This document shows positions 47,995-62,389 of a DNA stretch of 64,000 nucleotides, piece by piece. A program made the position numbers and the translations under genes. The DNA comes from Fimicolochytrium jonesii (Eukaryota), in assembly GCF_025526975.1 (NCBI RefSeq), contig NW_026515693.1:186001-250000 (forward strand), given 5' to 3'. How positions within the stretch are numbered: position 1 is the stretch's first letter; every line of letters starts with the position of its first letter. Below the pieces are notes generated by a model. The model ran no database searches, was not told where the DNA came from, and worked only from the letters and a program-made list of their open reading frames with translations.

Positions 47995-49154
47995 ATGGCG
48001 TCTTCGGACGAGGATTACTATGGCCTCCTTGGTCTGGCATATGGGGCTTCGGAGGCGGATATCCAGAGGGCATACAGGAAAAGTGCTCTGAAGTACCACC
48101 CCGACAAGGTCGGCGCCGACAACAAACAAGCTGGTAAGTGTGCTACTGATCTCCAGGTCAAATATAGCGCAATTGTTCTCACCACCATGTCACTTTCTTT
48201 CTCTAGCTCGCATGTGGGAGCTCCTCGACATCGCGGTCCAAACGCTTTCCGATCCCGCCAAAAAAAGCGCCTACGACGCTCAATACAAGTCCCGGATAGC
48301 ACAAAAGCGCAAACTAGAAGCAATGGACGCAGGTCTCCGCGCCGCAAAGGAGTCTCTCGAACGCCGTGAGCAGGAGGCATCAAAACGCTCCAAATCAGAT
48401 CCGACGTTCATGGCCGCCGTGCATCGGCGGAACGAAATTGATAGGTTACGGGAGGAGGGGATGAAGAAAGCGCAGGCCGCCGAGGAGGTCCGGAGACAGA
48501 TGTTTGCGGCAAAGGTGGATGGTGCGAGGCGGGAGGCGGAGGAGGTGGCTGTGAGGGAAGCAAGGCGAAAGGCGGAGGACGGTGCGAATGCGTTAGATCG
48601 TACAGTCAAAGTGAAGTGGAAGAGCAAGCGGGTGGAGCCTGGGGCTGGCACGGCTGAAGCGTTACAGGCGATCTTTGAGCGGTATGGACCAGTCGAGGAT
48701 GTCGTTCTGTCGTCAAAGGGCAAATCAAATGCTATGGTGGTGTTTTCCTCGATCTTTGATGCGGTACGTTTTCTTGAGCGTTCGAAATCTCTAGACCGAA
48801 GGCGCGTTCTCATTTTGTACATCTCCATCTTCACAGAACTCAGCAATCGAAGATCAAGCAAACCCACACTTCATCAATTTCAAGCTCTCCTGGGCATCCG
48901 GCTCCGAACCCCCATCCCTAACGTCCTGGAAACGTTCCTCATACGCATCCTCATCACACCTAAACCAATATTCATCATCCACACCATCAAGGCGAGCGGC
49001 CCACGAGAGCCCCATCCCGCCATCAGCATCCGCATCGTTTCGAACAGCCGACTTTGACGACGAGTATGAATCGTTGACGTTGGAGAAGATGAGAAGGGCC
49101 GCGATGGAGAAGACGGCCGCGGCTGCCACCACTGATAGCTCAGGGGTCTCTTGA
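47995..49154 (+). CDS. CWC23: DnaJ + RRM protein (Cwc23/DNAJC17-like)
   Basis: J-domain DYYGLLGL...KYHPDK; coiled coil; RRM-like TVKVKW...FERYGPVEDV...AMVVF; C-terminal DEYESLTLEKMRRAA. Confidence 0.85.
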
Positions 49155-49458
49155 GAGATTGATGTCGTCTCCTACCCGCGCCGCTCATCACCTACCAAAG
49201 CCCGCAATGTACATAGTACATATCTATTGCCGAACGCTGGTATGAATACACTTATTTTTGGTCGCCTTTGGAAAATGACAACGCTAAATGTGCATCATAC
49301 GCGAGTGTCATGCATTCATATATACCTCCCTTTTCCCAAACCAACACAAAGCTGACCAGGCGTTCCGTACACTTAGTCTCATATCGTGTGCCGACATGGC
49401 CACAAGGCCCTATGAAACCCGAATTCACCCCCTCAACCCCTTCACCCTCAACCCCGAA

Positions 49459-51503
49459 TCAACACCTCGACAACAGACTCAAAACCCCCATAGTATCCAC
49501 CGGCTTCACCCGTTTCTCCTTCTCCTCGTACGCCTTGAGCACCTTATCAAACACCCCATCTGCCAATTTCTTGGTGCGGTGCGCAAAGGAGGCCGTTTTC
49601 GCGAGCGCGTCGTAAGTCGCGTCGAGCTATAGGTGGATTATGGGAGGACAATGCAGTAAGCAAATAGCCTGCCATCTGGGGACGAAGAACCTTTCCCTTA
49701 CGTCGATAGTCGCATCCTCGACAAGTTGTGTGATCCATTCGTCCAGTTCCTTCTCATGATCGCGCTCGCACGCTTGAGCGAGAATGGCTCGGTGAGCGGG
49801 TTGGATGTCTGTCGGCGGCGTCTTCTCCGCAGGTGACGATGTAGCCGGGTCGTCAGCCTGTGGGGAAGGTTTCGGCGCTGGGGTGGGGTGGGCGGCCGTG
49901 TAGTCTTCCAAGAGCTGGTGCCATTGGCTTTCTTCTGCTTGTAATCTAGAGGCAGGGCGTTTGGTGAGTTGATTAGCGGTCACAAAGACGGGACCTTATA
50001 CAAATTCTACCTCTCCAACTCGGCTTGAAAAGCAGCTAGCTCGCTTGCGTTGGCCTCATTCATTGGGTGTGGTTGTTTCTTCAGGGGCGATTGGACAAGC
50101 TCGGAAGGAGCAGCCTGTTGAACCGTAAGCAGAGATGAGGAAGAATCTATGAGAATGCTTCTTCCCATTTGCACATGTAGGTCGAACCAACTCATCTTAC
50201 AGGCCTGTGATACCACGACGTATTGATCTGTCGCGCCGACAATGCCTCGATCACTTCCTTTTGTACATCTCGCACTATTGCGTCATCATTATTGTGGAAA
50301 GCATAGTGAGCCGAGACTGCCGTGGCACGCATACTGGCACACTTTATCTTACATATTGCTTTAAGATGACCGTCTAGCTCGGGCAGTTCCTCGGCTTTTC
50401 CTTCCTCATGCGATTTGACGATCTTTATGGATTCGGCGAGGGGCATGTTCATGCTCCTTTCCGTGCACCATACGAGCAGTTGGCGCATACGGTTTGGATC
50501 AGACTGTTCAGCGTCAATATGGCGGTAGAAGTTTTCTGGCTCGATTGTTTCGTGCGGTGGTGCTGAGAGAATCACCGTTACATCAAGCGCAATGAAAGGG
50601 CGGTAACGACTCGATCGGTACTCACGACAAAGCCCATTCCTCGAAACCCTCTTCCCCCTCAATCCCAGGCTACTCCTCCTCCGCTTCCCAGCCCCATCCC
50701 CATGTCCAGCGGCCCCACCCAAGCTCGCGCCGCCCAACCTCATCGTCCTGTTCTTCTCGATTATCGGCGTATCGCCAGCGAGCGGGATCTCAACCGTGTA
50801 GTCATTTCGGCTGGTGGACGATCTCGGCGGCATGTACGAGCGGCGTGATCGAAGCAGCTGCAATCGCAAGTCCGATTTGGAGGAGGTGGAGGTGAGAGAT
50901 GATGATGATTGGGCGGTGTCGGTCCTTCCTGATTGGGATTGCGGGAAAGCGCTCTGGCGCCGGCGTGTACGAGTCGTGGTGGTTTTGGTAGTCGTTGTTG
51001 TTATAGTTGCTTGAGAAGTCGGCACATCATCATTGCCGCTCTTGCTCGGCCTGGGTTGAGGAGCGATTTCGGTCTTTGCCGGCCTCTCTATCTCTCCCTT
51101 TCCTTTCGGTTTCGACGCGGTGGTGAGGGATTCCGTCTCGAAATCGTCCTGCGATATCGTCGATTTTCCAACAAAAGGATTCTCCGCCACCTTCTCTGCT
51201 ACAATGTTCTCGTTTTCCTGATTATCCTTCGAGGCCTTCTTTTTCGTTACAGCTGGTTTGAGCGGCCTGAACACGAACCCGCGGTCATTGCGAAGATCTA
51301 GGGGGAAGAAACTTTTGGCGTTAATTCCCAGGGCATTCGCAATGTATTTCAGGGTAACGCGCCAAATAGTAAACCCACCACTCCGTTTTTTCTAAGAGTT
51401 CAGGCGAGGACAGAAAAGATGGCAGCGAAACAAAGTGTTAGCCTCATATTTGACCGTCAAGACCTCGATTGGGGCAAACCTTGCGCGGGGATGAGGGTCC
51501 CAT
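49459..51503 (-). CDS. DSN1: Kinetochore Mis12-complex subunit Dsn1/Mis13, spliced
   Basis: TPIIEKNRTMR, RRRSSLGLRGKRVS, PHETIEPENFYRHI...RMRQLLVWC, INTSWY and PHPMNEAN. 5' exons are approximate. Confidence 0.88.
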
Positions 51504-51976
51504 TTCCGCGACCGTCTCCCTTCAAGTACGAGTAATATCTCTCTCCGTGAGTTGCCCACCGACTGCCGACGTAATCGAGTTTTTTTGCTTCTTCGTTGTA
51601 AGAGGGCCTTTCGCTATCTGGGTCTTCAATGCTGGTTGTGTTTGACGAAGCGACGCTGGGATGCGCACACAGCTGTGGTCTCCGAGAACGTTGCAACGTT
51701 CCACGCGCGTTTTGTCCGATCAGATCAGACTTCCAGATTCACGAACAGCCGTGAACGAGCAGCGACGGTACATACTTGAATTGGACAACAGGACATCTAT
51801 TGAAAAGGCTTTGATTAAAGTGGAAAAGGGTGCCTCATCCGATGCTACAGCTACAGAAAGAACTAGACTATGACTTGCGACAAATAAGTACAGAATACGC
51901 TGCTAATGCATCCTCGCATGTGAGAAAGGTGTATATGGTGGATATGGCCCTACTCGGTAGCTAAAACCGAGAATCA

Positions 51977-53110
51977 CTATGCCGATGGTTCCTGTACCTT
52001 GACAGTAACCTTGCCGCGGGCGCGCTTGCTGGCTATCTTCTCGTATGCCTGAAAACGCAATCAGTCAGTGACTGTGAAGAAAGTGGCTCGACCCAAACAA
52101 ATAAGACGTACCTGCAACGTATCCCTGAAGTCAAACGTCTGATCTACGACCGGCCTCATCGTTCCTTCCTGCAGAAGGGCGCTTATCTTCTCCAACAACT
52201 TCAGATTGACCAACGCGTTAATGGTGATGTAAGGACGTGGGACACCTCCCAAGATGCAGGGCCTGGCCGTGTTGTCGACCGTTTTCGCAATGGTCGTCAC
52301 CATTTGCGGGTAGGTGTATTTGAAACCAAGGCCGACGGTAACGACTGGCTTCTTCGGTGCCAAGTACGATGCGGCGTGGTCGTATATCTCTTGCTTTCCG
52401 ATCGCATCAATGACCGCGTCAAATGGCTTGGCAGAGTAAGCTTTGGCGAGGTAGTCTGTGACGGGTGAATGCTTGGTGTAATCGACGACTTCATCGACAC
52501 CATACTGCTTGACGAAATCGGCGTTTTTGCCCGAGCAGATCCCAACCACTTTCCCGGTAGGTCCGACAGCGGCCTTTGCCAGTTGAACGGTCAAGATGCC
52601 CACACCTCCGCTGGCTCCGTTGACTAGTACAGAGTCTCCGGGCCTCAAGTTCGCCTTTTCCAACAGCAAGATGGCGGTTGCGCCGGTGATCCCCATTCCA
52701 CCTGCTTCTTCCAAGGTGACATTCTTCGGTACTGGCACCACAGACTCCGCGTGGACAGAAATGTACTCGGAAAGCGCTCCCAGACCGTAGCGAACGTGTG
52801 TCGGTACCCAGATGGAACCAAACACTTTGGTGCCTGGCTGCAGGCCTCGAGAAGCTGGCACGCCCGAGCCGACTTCGACTATCTCACCAGAAAAGTCGAG
52901 CTCGGGAACACATGGCGTCTTGCGGAACAAGGTGGGCGTAAGTTGGACGAAAAGCGTTCCTACGGGGTTCAGTGCAGCGTGGGTGACTCGGACAACGACC
53001 GAAGACTTGTTGGCGAGTTGAGGGGTTGGGATCTCCTTGTAAAGCAGGACAGCCGCGGGAAGACCCATGCGGTCATGTGTCCATGCGTGCATGGTCTTTG
53101 GAACGTGCAT
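51977..53110 (-). CDS. Zn-independent NADPH MDR oxidoreductase (RTN4IP1/Yim1-like)
   Basis: AALNPV, PELDFSG, VLVNGASGGVG and VVDYT; final exon AYEKIASKRARGKV. Confidence 0.9.
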
Positions 53111-53866
53111 TGCGGTGCTTCTGGAGGATCTGAAAATTGAGGTGTGTATGAGTTTTGTGACTCTGGGCTTTCCTGGTGGCGGACTCTGAATCAGCGACTC
53201 CTTTTGTACGTGCTCGATCTGTTGCAGAGAAGGCTCCAGTGTGCAGCGGCGGCGGGCGCGAGAGATGCCCACGGAACGAAAGTTGACGGAGAGTTCAGAC
53301 GCGTAATGGAGCCCTCCGTCGATATGCAATGGCGACTCTCATGAGTCTCATCACGCGTGCGACCCCAACCCGCCGTGGCCGAGGGAGCGGCAGCGGGCAG
53401 CGGGCACCAAAGCGGGGACACCCGCAGGAACACGTATCGAATTTTATTCCGAACACACAGCACGTGAGTCATTAAATAATGAGTCATGCTGTCAATTCGG
53501 CCATTGAGCACCAAGTTGCCGTCACAGGGCGGCCAGCCCTATCTTTCCCAAACGTATTTTCCAACTGGTGCATCTCACCTGGAATACATATCAACCAGTC
53601 CTTCAACTACTACTACAATACATACACAGCAATCCCACGACTGAACGACTGGGTACCTACTTCCTCGTTCTCGAAAAATAGTGCCTGCAGAAGTTCCTCA
53701 GTGGAAACAGGCACTTTTTTTCCTGCATCCTGACTACGGCTCACCACATTCTGCTTCTTGAAAGACTTCAGAGCTTGTCCGTTTTCAGTAAACCAGTTCC
53801 AGTTCTCTTGCAGATGAGGTAACGACGTGACGAGGTAGCTGCACCTCGGACGTCCTCTTTTGCATC

Positions 53867-55900
53867 ATGGCTGGACCTGTGTACCCTAACAAGCCGGACC
53901 TCGATTGTTCACCCCTGCCTGAGCTGAACTGGGAAACCCACGCGCTTCTGAAGCGATACCTCGACTCAATCACCGCAGAAGCCCACGCCGAAGACGCTTC
54001 CGTAACAGCACCCGTGGACTTGATAAACTATCCACCTATACCCAGCAACGATGAATTGCAACAACTGCACGAGAACCTCAACTCTGCAAAGTCGATATTG
54101 ATACAGAGACAGAGACGACTGAACCATAATATCGATGTGCTGAAGAAATGGCTGCCGGCCGACGGGTCGGGTGAGCAAACCGAGAGTGAAGCGGGATCTT
54201 CATCGGCGGCTCCTCATGCACGCTCGAAAGACTCGGGCGTCAAATCAGCATTAGATAAGGCCAAAGCGACAGAACGGAAAGGGTCTTCGGCCACTGAAGA
54301 GCAAATGGCTGAACGGAACGAAGCAAAGCTGCGAAAGATAAAGCTGAAAGTACCCGTAATGGATAGCGCCGAGAGAGCAGAAAAATCCCCGCCTCCTTCG
54401 CAACTACAATCTGATGCGGGGCTCAGTGATTTCAAAAAGCGGAAGCGGGAAAAGGACGACGACGACGGCAGCGATCATGATGAGAAGCAACGACGGACTA
54501 GCGTACGTCTATGGTGACGGGGGTGGCCGTCCGTCAATGAACTTGGACCTGCGCAGGGGTTGGGCATGCTAACGCTGTCGATGTTGCAGAATATACAATC
54601 TAAAAGTAAGCCTGTGTCACAACGCGGAATAGCACCGAAAGCGAAGCCAGTGAGTACCCATCATGGACGTAGTAGCCAAACGTTGACAATGTTCTGACAA
54701 GAGAGCTGGTGTCCCCAGAAACCGAGCAAAAAGAGCGCTGCACATAAAAACAATAAGCTGAAGAAGCGTCACAGTACGGTTGGTGGCGAAACAGCCACTC
54801 CCACGCCTGAGCCCGAAGATCGGTCAACAGAACCAGCCGTGGAAGGGGACTATACCAAGACAAAGACTGTGCAGAATCAGATCCCGATTCAGCAATTTTG
54901 GGGCTTTGTGGATCAGTTCTTCAGGCCAGTAAACGAAGCGGATCTGGCATTTTTGGATAATGAGGTTGGCTCCCCTCCGTTCTGCGGTTATCACACATTG
55001 ACTGTGACGCTGAAGTCGCATTAATAGGGCGATGAGGTAGCACCATACAGCATCCCACCATTAGGTCGCCCGTACAAGGAGCAATGGGCAGAAGAGGACA
55101 GCAAAGGCGGCTCACAATCAAACGGCATCTTGATGGCCGCTAACGGACAGACACAGGATGGCGAAATCTGCTACAAGCCAATCTCCGAACGCATCATATC
55201 GTCCCTCATGGAAAACAGGATCATCGGAGGAGTCTTTGCGCCGGTGGCTGAGGAGACGGTGGATGAACCTTTGACGCCGGAGAGTATGGGCGATGCGATC
55301 GATTTGGAGGATCGGATGCGGAAAGAGTTGCGGTTTTTGGGTTTGATTGAGGACGAAGAGGTTTGTAAGCGCATTTGCCATCAGTGGTAAAATCGATCCG
55401 GACTTAACGCATTGCTCATGTGGCGCACGAACAGGACAACGCCACACCGGACGAGCACGATGAAATCACCACCGAACTGCGGCATCGTCAACGGGAACTA
55501 CGCGAGCAGGTGCACCGGAATCGATCTCGGCGCCGGCAGATGAAGGCAATTGCGACGAGATTCATGGCATGGCAGGAATACAACGGCGTTTTGGACGATA
55601 TCAACAAGAGTATCGAGCAGGCATACATCAAGCGTTTTGTGAGTATTGTCTTGATGGTGGTGATGACCCGCTCTCATGTTGTTCTTTTCGCTTACATGTT
55701 CCATGCTCTTTTGCGACACCACGCGGTAGACCCCGGCAAAGACGAAGGGCAAGAAAAAAGTGAGCAAAGGCGACTACCGCCCCATGACCGAGAACGTCAT
55801 GCAGCTCCTCCACAACCGGCAACGTATCATCAAAGAACTCGGAGCCCTTTTGCCGCCGTCCCAGTTCACCATCCCCGAAACGTCCATTTTCACTGCTTGA
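53867..55900 (+). CDS. NGG1: SAGA/ADA HAT-module subunit Ada3/Ngg1, spliced
   Basis: QIPIQQFWGFVDQFFRP, IPPLGRPY, LEDRMRKELRFLGL, DEITTELRHRQ and WQEYNGVLDDINKSIEQAYIKR. Confidence 0.9.
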
Positions 55901-56145
55901 GCGTGAACTGCGAAAGCAACAGGGGAACAATATTCTCTGCATACATGCAACACACCCTGTCATTTTGGATAATTTGGTCTGCTTCTCTCATGGTGTATTC
56001 TTTCTATGCTCTTCAGGCACATCGTACATGTATAAATATGCCCGCCGGCTTTCTGTGCGACGAAACAGGGCGGAACATTCTTTGGTCAATCGCCCTATCT
56101 CTAAATCTAGATCAGTGTGCTCTACTCTGAGCTACGCTACCGCAA

Positions 56146-57795
56146 CTAGGCGTCCTTCTCCTCATCGCCCCCCAGCATATCTTTCTCCCACTCATCCACA
56201 AACTCGGCAAACTGCGGCGGAAGAAGTCGGTAACTTGCGACCTCTTTGGGGCGGTCATCCACGGCACCCGCTTCCGATGCGTTCAACGCATCCTCTATCT
56301 TCATCACGCGCCGGAAACAGGCAATGGCGCGGGTGTAGTATTCGTCGTCTTCGCTGCCGTCTTCGTCGGTGAGGTTTCCTTTGTTGATTAGGCACTCGCC
56401 CATCTGCGTTGACGAGAAGCAATGGATATCATTAGCTGTGGAAGCCATGATGTGTATCTTTCTCATCCTACCAAGCATAGGAGAGTGACGATCTTCTCAT
56501 CATCGTCCCCAGTATCTGTTTTCGCAAGCTTTTCCCCGGTTTCCAGTGCCTTCAAAGCTGATTGAATGGCGACGAGAGGCAGTCAATATATATCGGCCAA
56601 CCTGATCAAGTCACACAAAGGGTAGGGCGCTACCAGCTCACATTTGTCCAAAAGCGGGACTGCATCGTCGCAGTTCTCTTCATCTTCCTCAAGCAGACTA
56701 TTGGCCTCAGCCAGTAAGGACGCTCCAACACCAACGTGTGCATCAAAGTGCGGCGGGTCGGCGGAGATAATTGCTTCAAACAGCACAACGGCTCGCTGCG
56801 CCCATAACTTACAACCACCCTGATCGGAAGTGTACAACTCTGCATGGCGAAGGAATATTTGCGCAACGTCCAGCATTGCCTTGGCGGTGTCATCCGCAGC
56901 CCCGTCGATTGATGCGTTTGGCTCCGCAATGAAAGAGTAGGCATCATTCAGTAGCTTCCACGCATCCTCGCTTTTCTGAGAGGCCGTCTGGGCGTTTTCA
57001 GGGAGCCATAAAGCCGCCTGAGGTTGTCATTAGTGGAATCCGTACAGTGAAATCGAGATGTAATGACAAACTCACCCTATGCAGCTGGGCTTTCGCTTTG
57101 GCCACCAGTAACCGGCGGAAGACATCCGGACCGTTTTCTCCGACCTTCCCCTCTTCAACTGCGTCCAATCCCGTGGTCAACCGTTCGAGCGCGGTATCCA
57201 GAAAAGACTCCAGAGAGTCCGATTCTTTGCTTCCGCTTTCCGCCTCATCATCTGAAGCACTCAACAGACCGAGCTGATATAGAGCGCTGCCATACAACAG
57301 GTGGAACTCTGGCGCTAATGGTTCAGTGGGTGTCGCCATCTGGTTAGAGGCCTCAGCGTTTTCCACTTCTGCCTTCGGGATCACGCCATTGTGGATCTGG
57401 AGGATCTTATCACATTCGTGGATGCAGCCTCGGAAGAAATCTCTGGCAGCTTCGATATCGTCTGCGTCTGTGGACAGTCCAGAAGGCATTAGTTGCAAAG
57501 TTGCTTTGAGCGGAAAAGCTCGGAAGTGCAGCAACAGAGCCGCTGGGAGTTCCTCATGACAGGCGCACTCACCAAGCTTCTCCACAGCTGTATCGTACAA
57601 CGACCTCAACACCGCAACTTGGTCCTCCTCGTCCACATTGAGCGCTACCGTCCGGCTGGGTTCCTCAAGGTCTGGCTTGTCGAGCTTGGCTTTCTTTGCG
57701 GCAACGGCGACTTCACCTCCCTCGCTGTTCGGAGCCACGGGCTTATCCTTGGCGAGCGACCTCTTGAGCCCGCGTGGCTTCTTTTTCTGGTCCAT
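56146..57795 (-). CDS. ETT1: Ett1/Nro1-like helical-repeat protein, spliced
   Basis: Basic N-terminus KKPRGLKR, GCIHECDKIL and FHLLYGSALYQLG match the Ett1/Nro1 pattern as recalled. Confidence 0.75.
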
Positions 57796-58313
57796 TGTGC
57801 ACTTGAGGAAGCAGTTGAGGAAGGAAGTTCCAAAATGTCAAATGGTCGAACACTCACTTCTGGCGTGTCGCGGAAACAGGCGGAAACGACTGGGAGACGA
57901 TCTGGGAAAGGATTGCAGTCTCAATTGCACGACGGCCACATTATCCCAGCAGAGCATCAGCCCATCTTGGAGCACTAAGCTGCCAAAAGAAGGTCTCGTA
58001 GAGAGCCAAGGTAAGCTCAGACTGTATATGGAGACGGTGCCCGTGGGTTTCTGTTTTTGGCCTTCCGTCGATCGTAAAGCACCGTTCTGCGAGTGGTCCG
58101 GTCCATATGATTGTCACTTCGGGAGGGTGACCACGAGAAAGGAAGGACTGAGAAGGTTGGGGTTGCCAGTGGGCTATACAGTGATGGACAGAGGCACCAT
58201 AGATCAAAGAGGGCTCAAGGCAGTTGAAGCTCGCCATTGAAGTACATTTTCCCAGGACCTCTCCTCTCAAACTCCTTCCATTTTTTCCACGGCCGGTCAG
58301 CTCAGCAGCCGCT

Positions 58314-59390
58314 ATGGGCAGCCACGATAAGGACAGACGTCGGGACAGCTCCTTGAGTCATGAGCACAGTCGTTCACGCCATCGTCATCGTTCAAAGTCC
58401 AGAGACTCTTCGCGCGAGAGATCGCACAAGGCGAAAGGTATTTTATATGAGAAGGTGTTTGGTCGCTTTGTACTTGTCGCTGAAACTTTTCCCTTGTCCC
58501 TTCTCCTGATTGACCACATGTTCCTCTTCGCCGCACGCTCTTAAACCTGTTTTCCTTCGTTTGTACTCCCGAAGACGGTTCCTTGAGGTCAACTTCCCGG
58601 GATGAGAAGAGGTCGTCGAAGAAGGACAGGAGGCGGTCAAGGAGTCCTGGGTATTCTCGCCATGGTAAGTGTTCCTCTACCCTTAGCGTCTTATGGTTGA
58701 TCGGTTCAATAACAGTCTCTTCTTCTATGTATACTGATGGAACATACACACGCTTCCTCACCGCTTATTTACACCCCCTCGATCATTCTCGCTACCGTTC
58801 TTTCTTGCAACCGATATCGCCACTCTTCAATCGACGGGCCACTCCTTCAATGTGGGTCTCGTTCGTGTAGATCGAGGCGAATCTAGCGGTCGTAGGCGTT
58901 CGTCAGGACACAGCCACAAAGACAGAGGGCGTAGCTCTAGTAGCGATGATACTCGGCGAAGTAGAAGTAGAAGCCCATCCGCGAAACACAAGGAGGATGG
59001 CCGCAGATATCGCCATGAGGAACGAAGGCACAGCAAAGACGCAGACAGGGTGAAGAAAGATGTAAGTGTCCATCTGTCGTATCAGAACCCTCTTGTCATG
59101 CATCTATCTTACGCTAGCAGCACCCCGGTCTATACATACACAACCTCACCATATAGAAGAGACGGCGCGGAAAATCTAGCAGTGACGAAAGTAAGACGGA
59201 GCAGGATATCAGAAGAAGTGCCATCACGGGAAAAAAGCTAAAGCTGAAGGTTAGTTCTGAGTGTCCGATTCGGTCATAAGGCATCAGGTCTCACGCGTTT
59301 TGATTGCAGGTCCGAAAGACTGTGGACGACAAAGTAAGGGAGAAGAACAGAACACAGCTACTGCAACACCTCAACCAGATGTATGATTGA
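58314..59390 (+). CDS. Arg/Ser-rich nuclear protein, multi-exon
   Basis: RS/RD-rich exons separated by GT-AG introns; ordered C-terminus SAITGKKLKLKVRKTVDDKVREKNRTQLLQHLNQMYD*. Confidence 0.7.
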
Positions 59391-59572
59391 CACATCTGTC
59401 TGATTGGAGGTCGGAAAGCAGTTCTACCTTATATTCTTTCTGGTCTCGGGTGCTGGATGTACTTTGACCAACCGCAACCCCAAAAAAATGAATGAGAATA
59501 TTCTAGATGTCGTGAATGGTATGTCTATCGGGTGGGTCAATGGTCTTGAGGTGTTCGGCTATCCGTTTCACT

Positions 59573-60888
59573 TCATTTCCCGAACCGCTGCTGACACGAC
59601 GCCATATGCCGCAACCCTTCCACAAACTCCGCCTGTGTCAGCTCACTTGGTACAGGCCTATGCATAAACGTCAGTGTGCAGTCCTCAATATGGAATGGGA
59701 AGAAGATTTCATAAGCCCTACCAAAACTCCGACAACCGGATCTCCCATGGCATAAAATTCCCAATCGTGATAAACTCCGGATCTGTATGTGTCAGGAAGA
59801 CGAGTTGCGGTTCGCTCCTGTTTATTGGGAGGGATGCGTCTCGTCCTACCAATATCCGCAGCATCAGCTCATCCCCCTATATGTGGTAATAAAGTATGGG
59901 AGACAGACGTACCTTTATGGAGTGTCCGGTCCATGACATCGACATCAACAATGGTGGGAGATGTGTTGGTGATTGCCTTGCGAGCAAGCGCCCTTGCAGC
60001 ATCGACGAGGGGTTGTCGGCCGTCGGTTGGGGAGACGATGTTGATGTGCAGGTCTGAGTATTCACATACACAACACATCAGTGCATGCGGGGAATATGAG
60101 TGGATGAGATTGATGAACGAACCGATAGTTTCCCCCTCGTCATCTGAATTATGCGCGCTGTCGACGTCGACCGCTTCGTCTCTGCGTTGTTCAGCTGTCG
60201 TTTTGGGGATACGGCGGCCGCTGGCGTATACTTGGACGAGTATAGGGTCAGATTCCTCTGGCCGTGGTGGTGGGGTGGATGATCCAATGGTGTATGGCTG
60301 CTTTATGGAGGGGCTGAGGGTGGATTTGAGGGCGCGGTGCAGGTGGGCGGCTTTGGTTTTTAGGAGGCCTGGGGGTTGGGAAGGAGCGTGAGAAAAAGAT
60401 GTAGGTCATGTACGGCATGTTCAATGATGGACGGAAACACACTTCCTTCCGGTCAAAAAATCTCAGCGCCCCCATTTACACACTCCGACACACCACCGCA
60501 CACCTTCCCAAACAAACAACCAACACCACAACAAACTCGGAAACCTACCCTCTTCATCAAAGACCGTCAACACCCTAACCCCAGCCTCCAAACACCACCC
60601 AACAATCCTCTCCACTTCCTCAACCAACCCTTCCCCTTCCTTGCCATCCCCGTCTGTCCGCCCATTACAATTCACACTTTCCCCTCCATTTTCCCCATTT
60701 CTCCCCCTCCTAAAAAGAACAGCAACATGCTCCCTCGTCCGCGCATTCTTGTTCGTTAGCTCTATTGGCGGTGGTGGCGGAGGTAGTAAACGGCGGCTGT
60801 TGGCGGAGGTGAATGTGAGTGTGAAGAATGTTGCGAGGGAGGTGAGGAAGGAGTGGGTTGCGAGGAGGGTGCGGAGGAGGAGAGACAT
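59573..60888 (-). CDS. NUS1: Cis-prenyltransferase complex subunit Nus1/NgBR, spliced
   Basis: EHVAVL, WCLEAGVRVLTVFDEEG, INIVSPTDGRQ, FMPWEIRLSEF and the C-terminal RxG motif QRFGK*. Confidence 0.88.
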
Positions 60889-61142
60889 GGTGGCGGAGTT
60901 GTGGCGACGGGAGGTGGCAGGCTACAATGACGGACCACACACTACCACAAGCCCTTGTAAATAGTGCTCCTGTGAATACGCGGGTTTCGCAAATGATGTA
61001 CGATTGGGGAGGCCATGGTGAACGTGTACCCTCCCCTCCCCATGGTTCATTCTGCTTTCTGTCGACAGCACCTTCCCCTCCGACTTCCGATTTTTGTCTT
61101 AGTCGCGTTCACAAAACATTACGGAAGTAGCCGCCAGCCAAG

Positions 61143-61865
61143 ATGCAACAGCGGCATTCCAATTGGACTAGGAGAGTGCTATTGCTTTTCATCCTTTGCG
61201 TATGTCTACTTGGTAGTTTGCAGGTACCAGAGCCGCTGGCGCACTCGAACAGTTGCTTTACAGTCATATTGAAAACCGGATGCTAACGTCAAGTTTACTC
61301 TCAGGCAGCGCATGCAGCGGACACCACACAACGGTGCAAATGCGTTTGCGATGGAAAAGTCACCATATTGACCGTCTCGGCATGTAACTTCTGCTCCAAA
61401 AATTTCTGCGTTGAACAAGGTGCTTGTTACCGACCACCGCCAGAACCCACGCCGACAACGACGGCCACGGCTACGGGCACAACGACTTCATCGGCAGCGC
61501 CGGAGCAGACGCATACGGAGGAGAACTGGACTTCGGAGTGCTTCCAATTGGGAAGCTGGAAAGGCACGTCTGACTAGGCGATGGAGGGTCCCTACCCTAC
61601 CGTCGAAACGTATATGATCTCGTTACTCATTAAGGTCGCTGATATCTGCACCACACAGATGAAATTATAATATACTCCTTCATGGTGATGTTAATCGGGC
61701 TGCTGGTGTTTGCCGCTGCGAAGGATAAGCTTTTCAAGGTGAGATCCTCAGACTCGCAGCTCTATATGGCATAGCTAGAAGCTCACCTCGTTGAGTACAC
61801 AGGATCAATGGGCTCCGCGAGCGCTGTACAGCAGCCTCGGAGGATCAACAGCGGCCGCCCGATAA
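61143..61865 (+). CDS. Small Cys-rich single-pass membrane protein, 4 exons
   Basis: Signal peptide, RCKCVC...CNFCSKNFC, Thr-rich stalk, CFQLGSWKD and TM IIIYSFMVMLIGLLVFAA. Confidence 0.72.
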
Positions 61866-62389
61866 GCTTGATCACCGGCTGAGACCGAGACAACAACCTG
61901 GCTCGCGGCTCTGTCGAATAGCGCCTACTGCCTGCTGTTCTTAGGCCGTGCCGGCATCATTCGCAGGACCGCGATCGCCACCCGCCCTGGCCGCTTCTGG
62001 GGACCTTTTTGGGCGTATGAGTCGGCATTCGCAAAGTAGTCAGAGGAATGTTGGAGCCGATTCAACACTAGAATGAAATGGAGTTTTGCTCGGCAAACTG
62101 GGCTTGTATATAGCGGTGCCGTTGTATAGGAGATAGGAGAACATAATAATTGTCGGATGTGCCGACCGGCTTTTGTCTGGGTGGAACACATTTGTCAAAC
62201 AGACTGGAGTTCGATAGTATCGCCTCTCAGTTCCACCTCTGTTGAATCCTTCGGTCCCCTGCTTTCCTCTCGACCTTCATTCAGACGAAGGTCGGGAGAA
62301 TCGTTGGTGCGCAAAACCGGAACCGATAGTAATGAGACATTGTCATGAACATGATTCAAACCCATATGTACAAATGAACGTTTTGTCCT

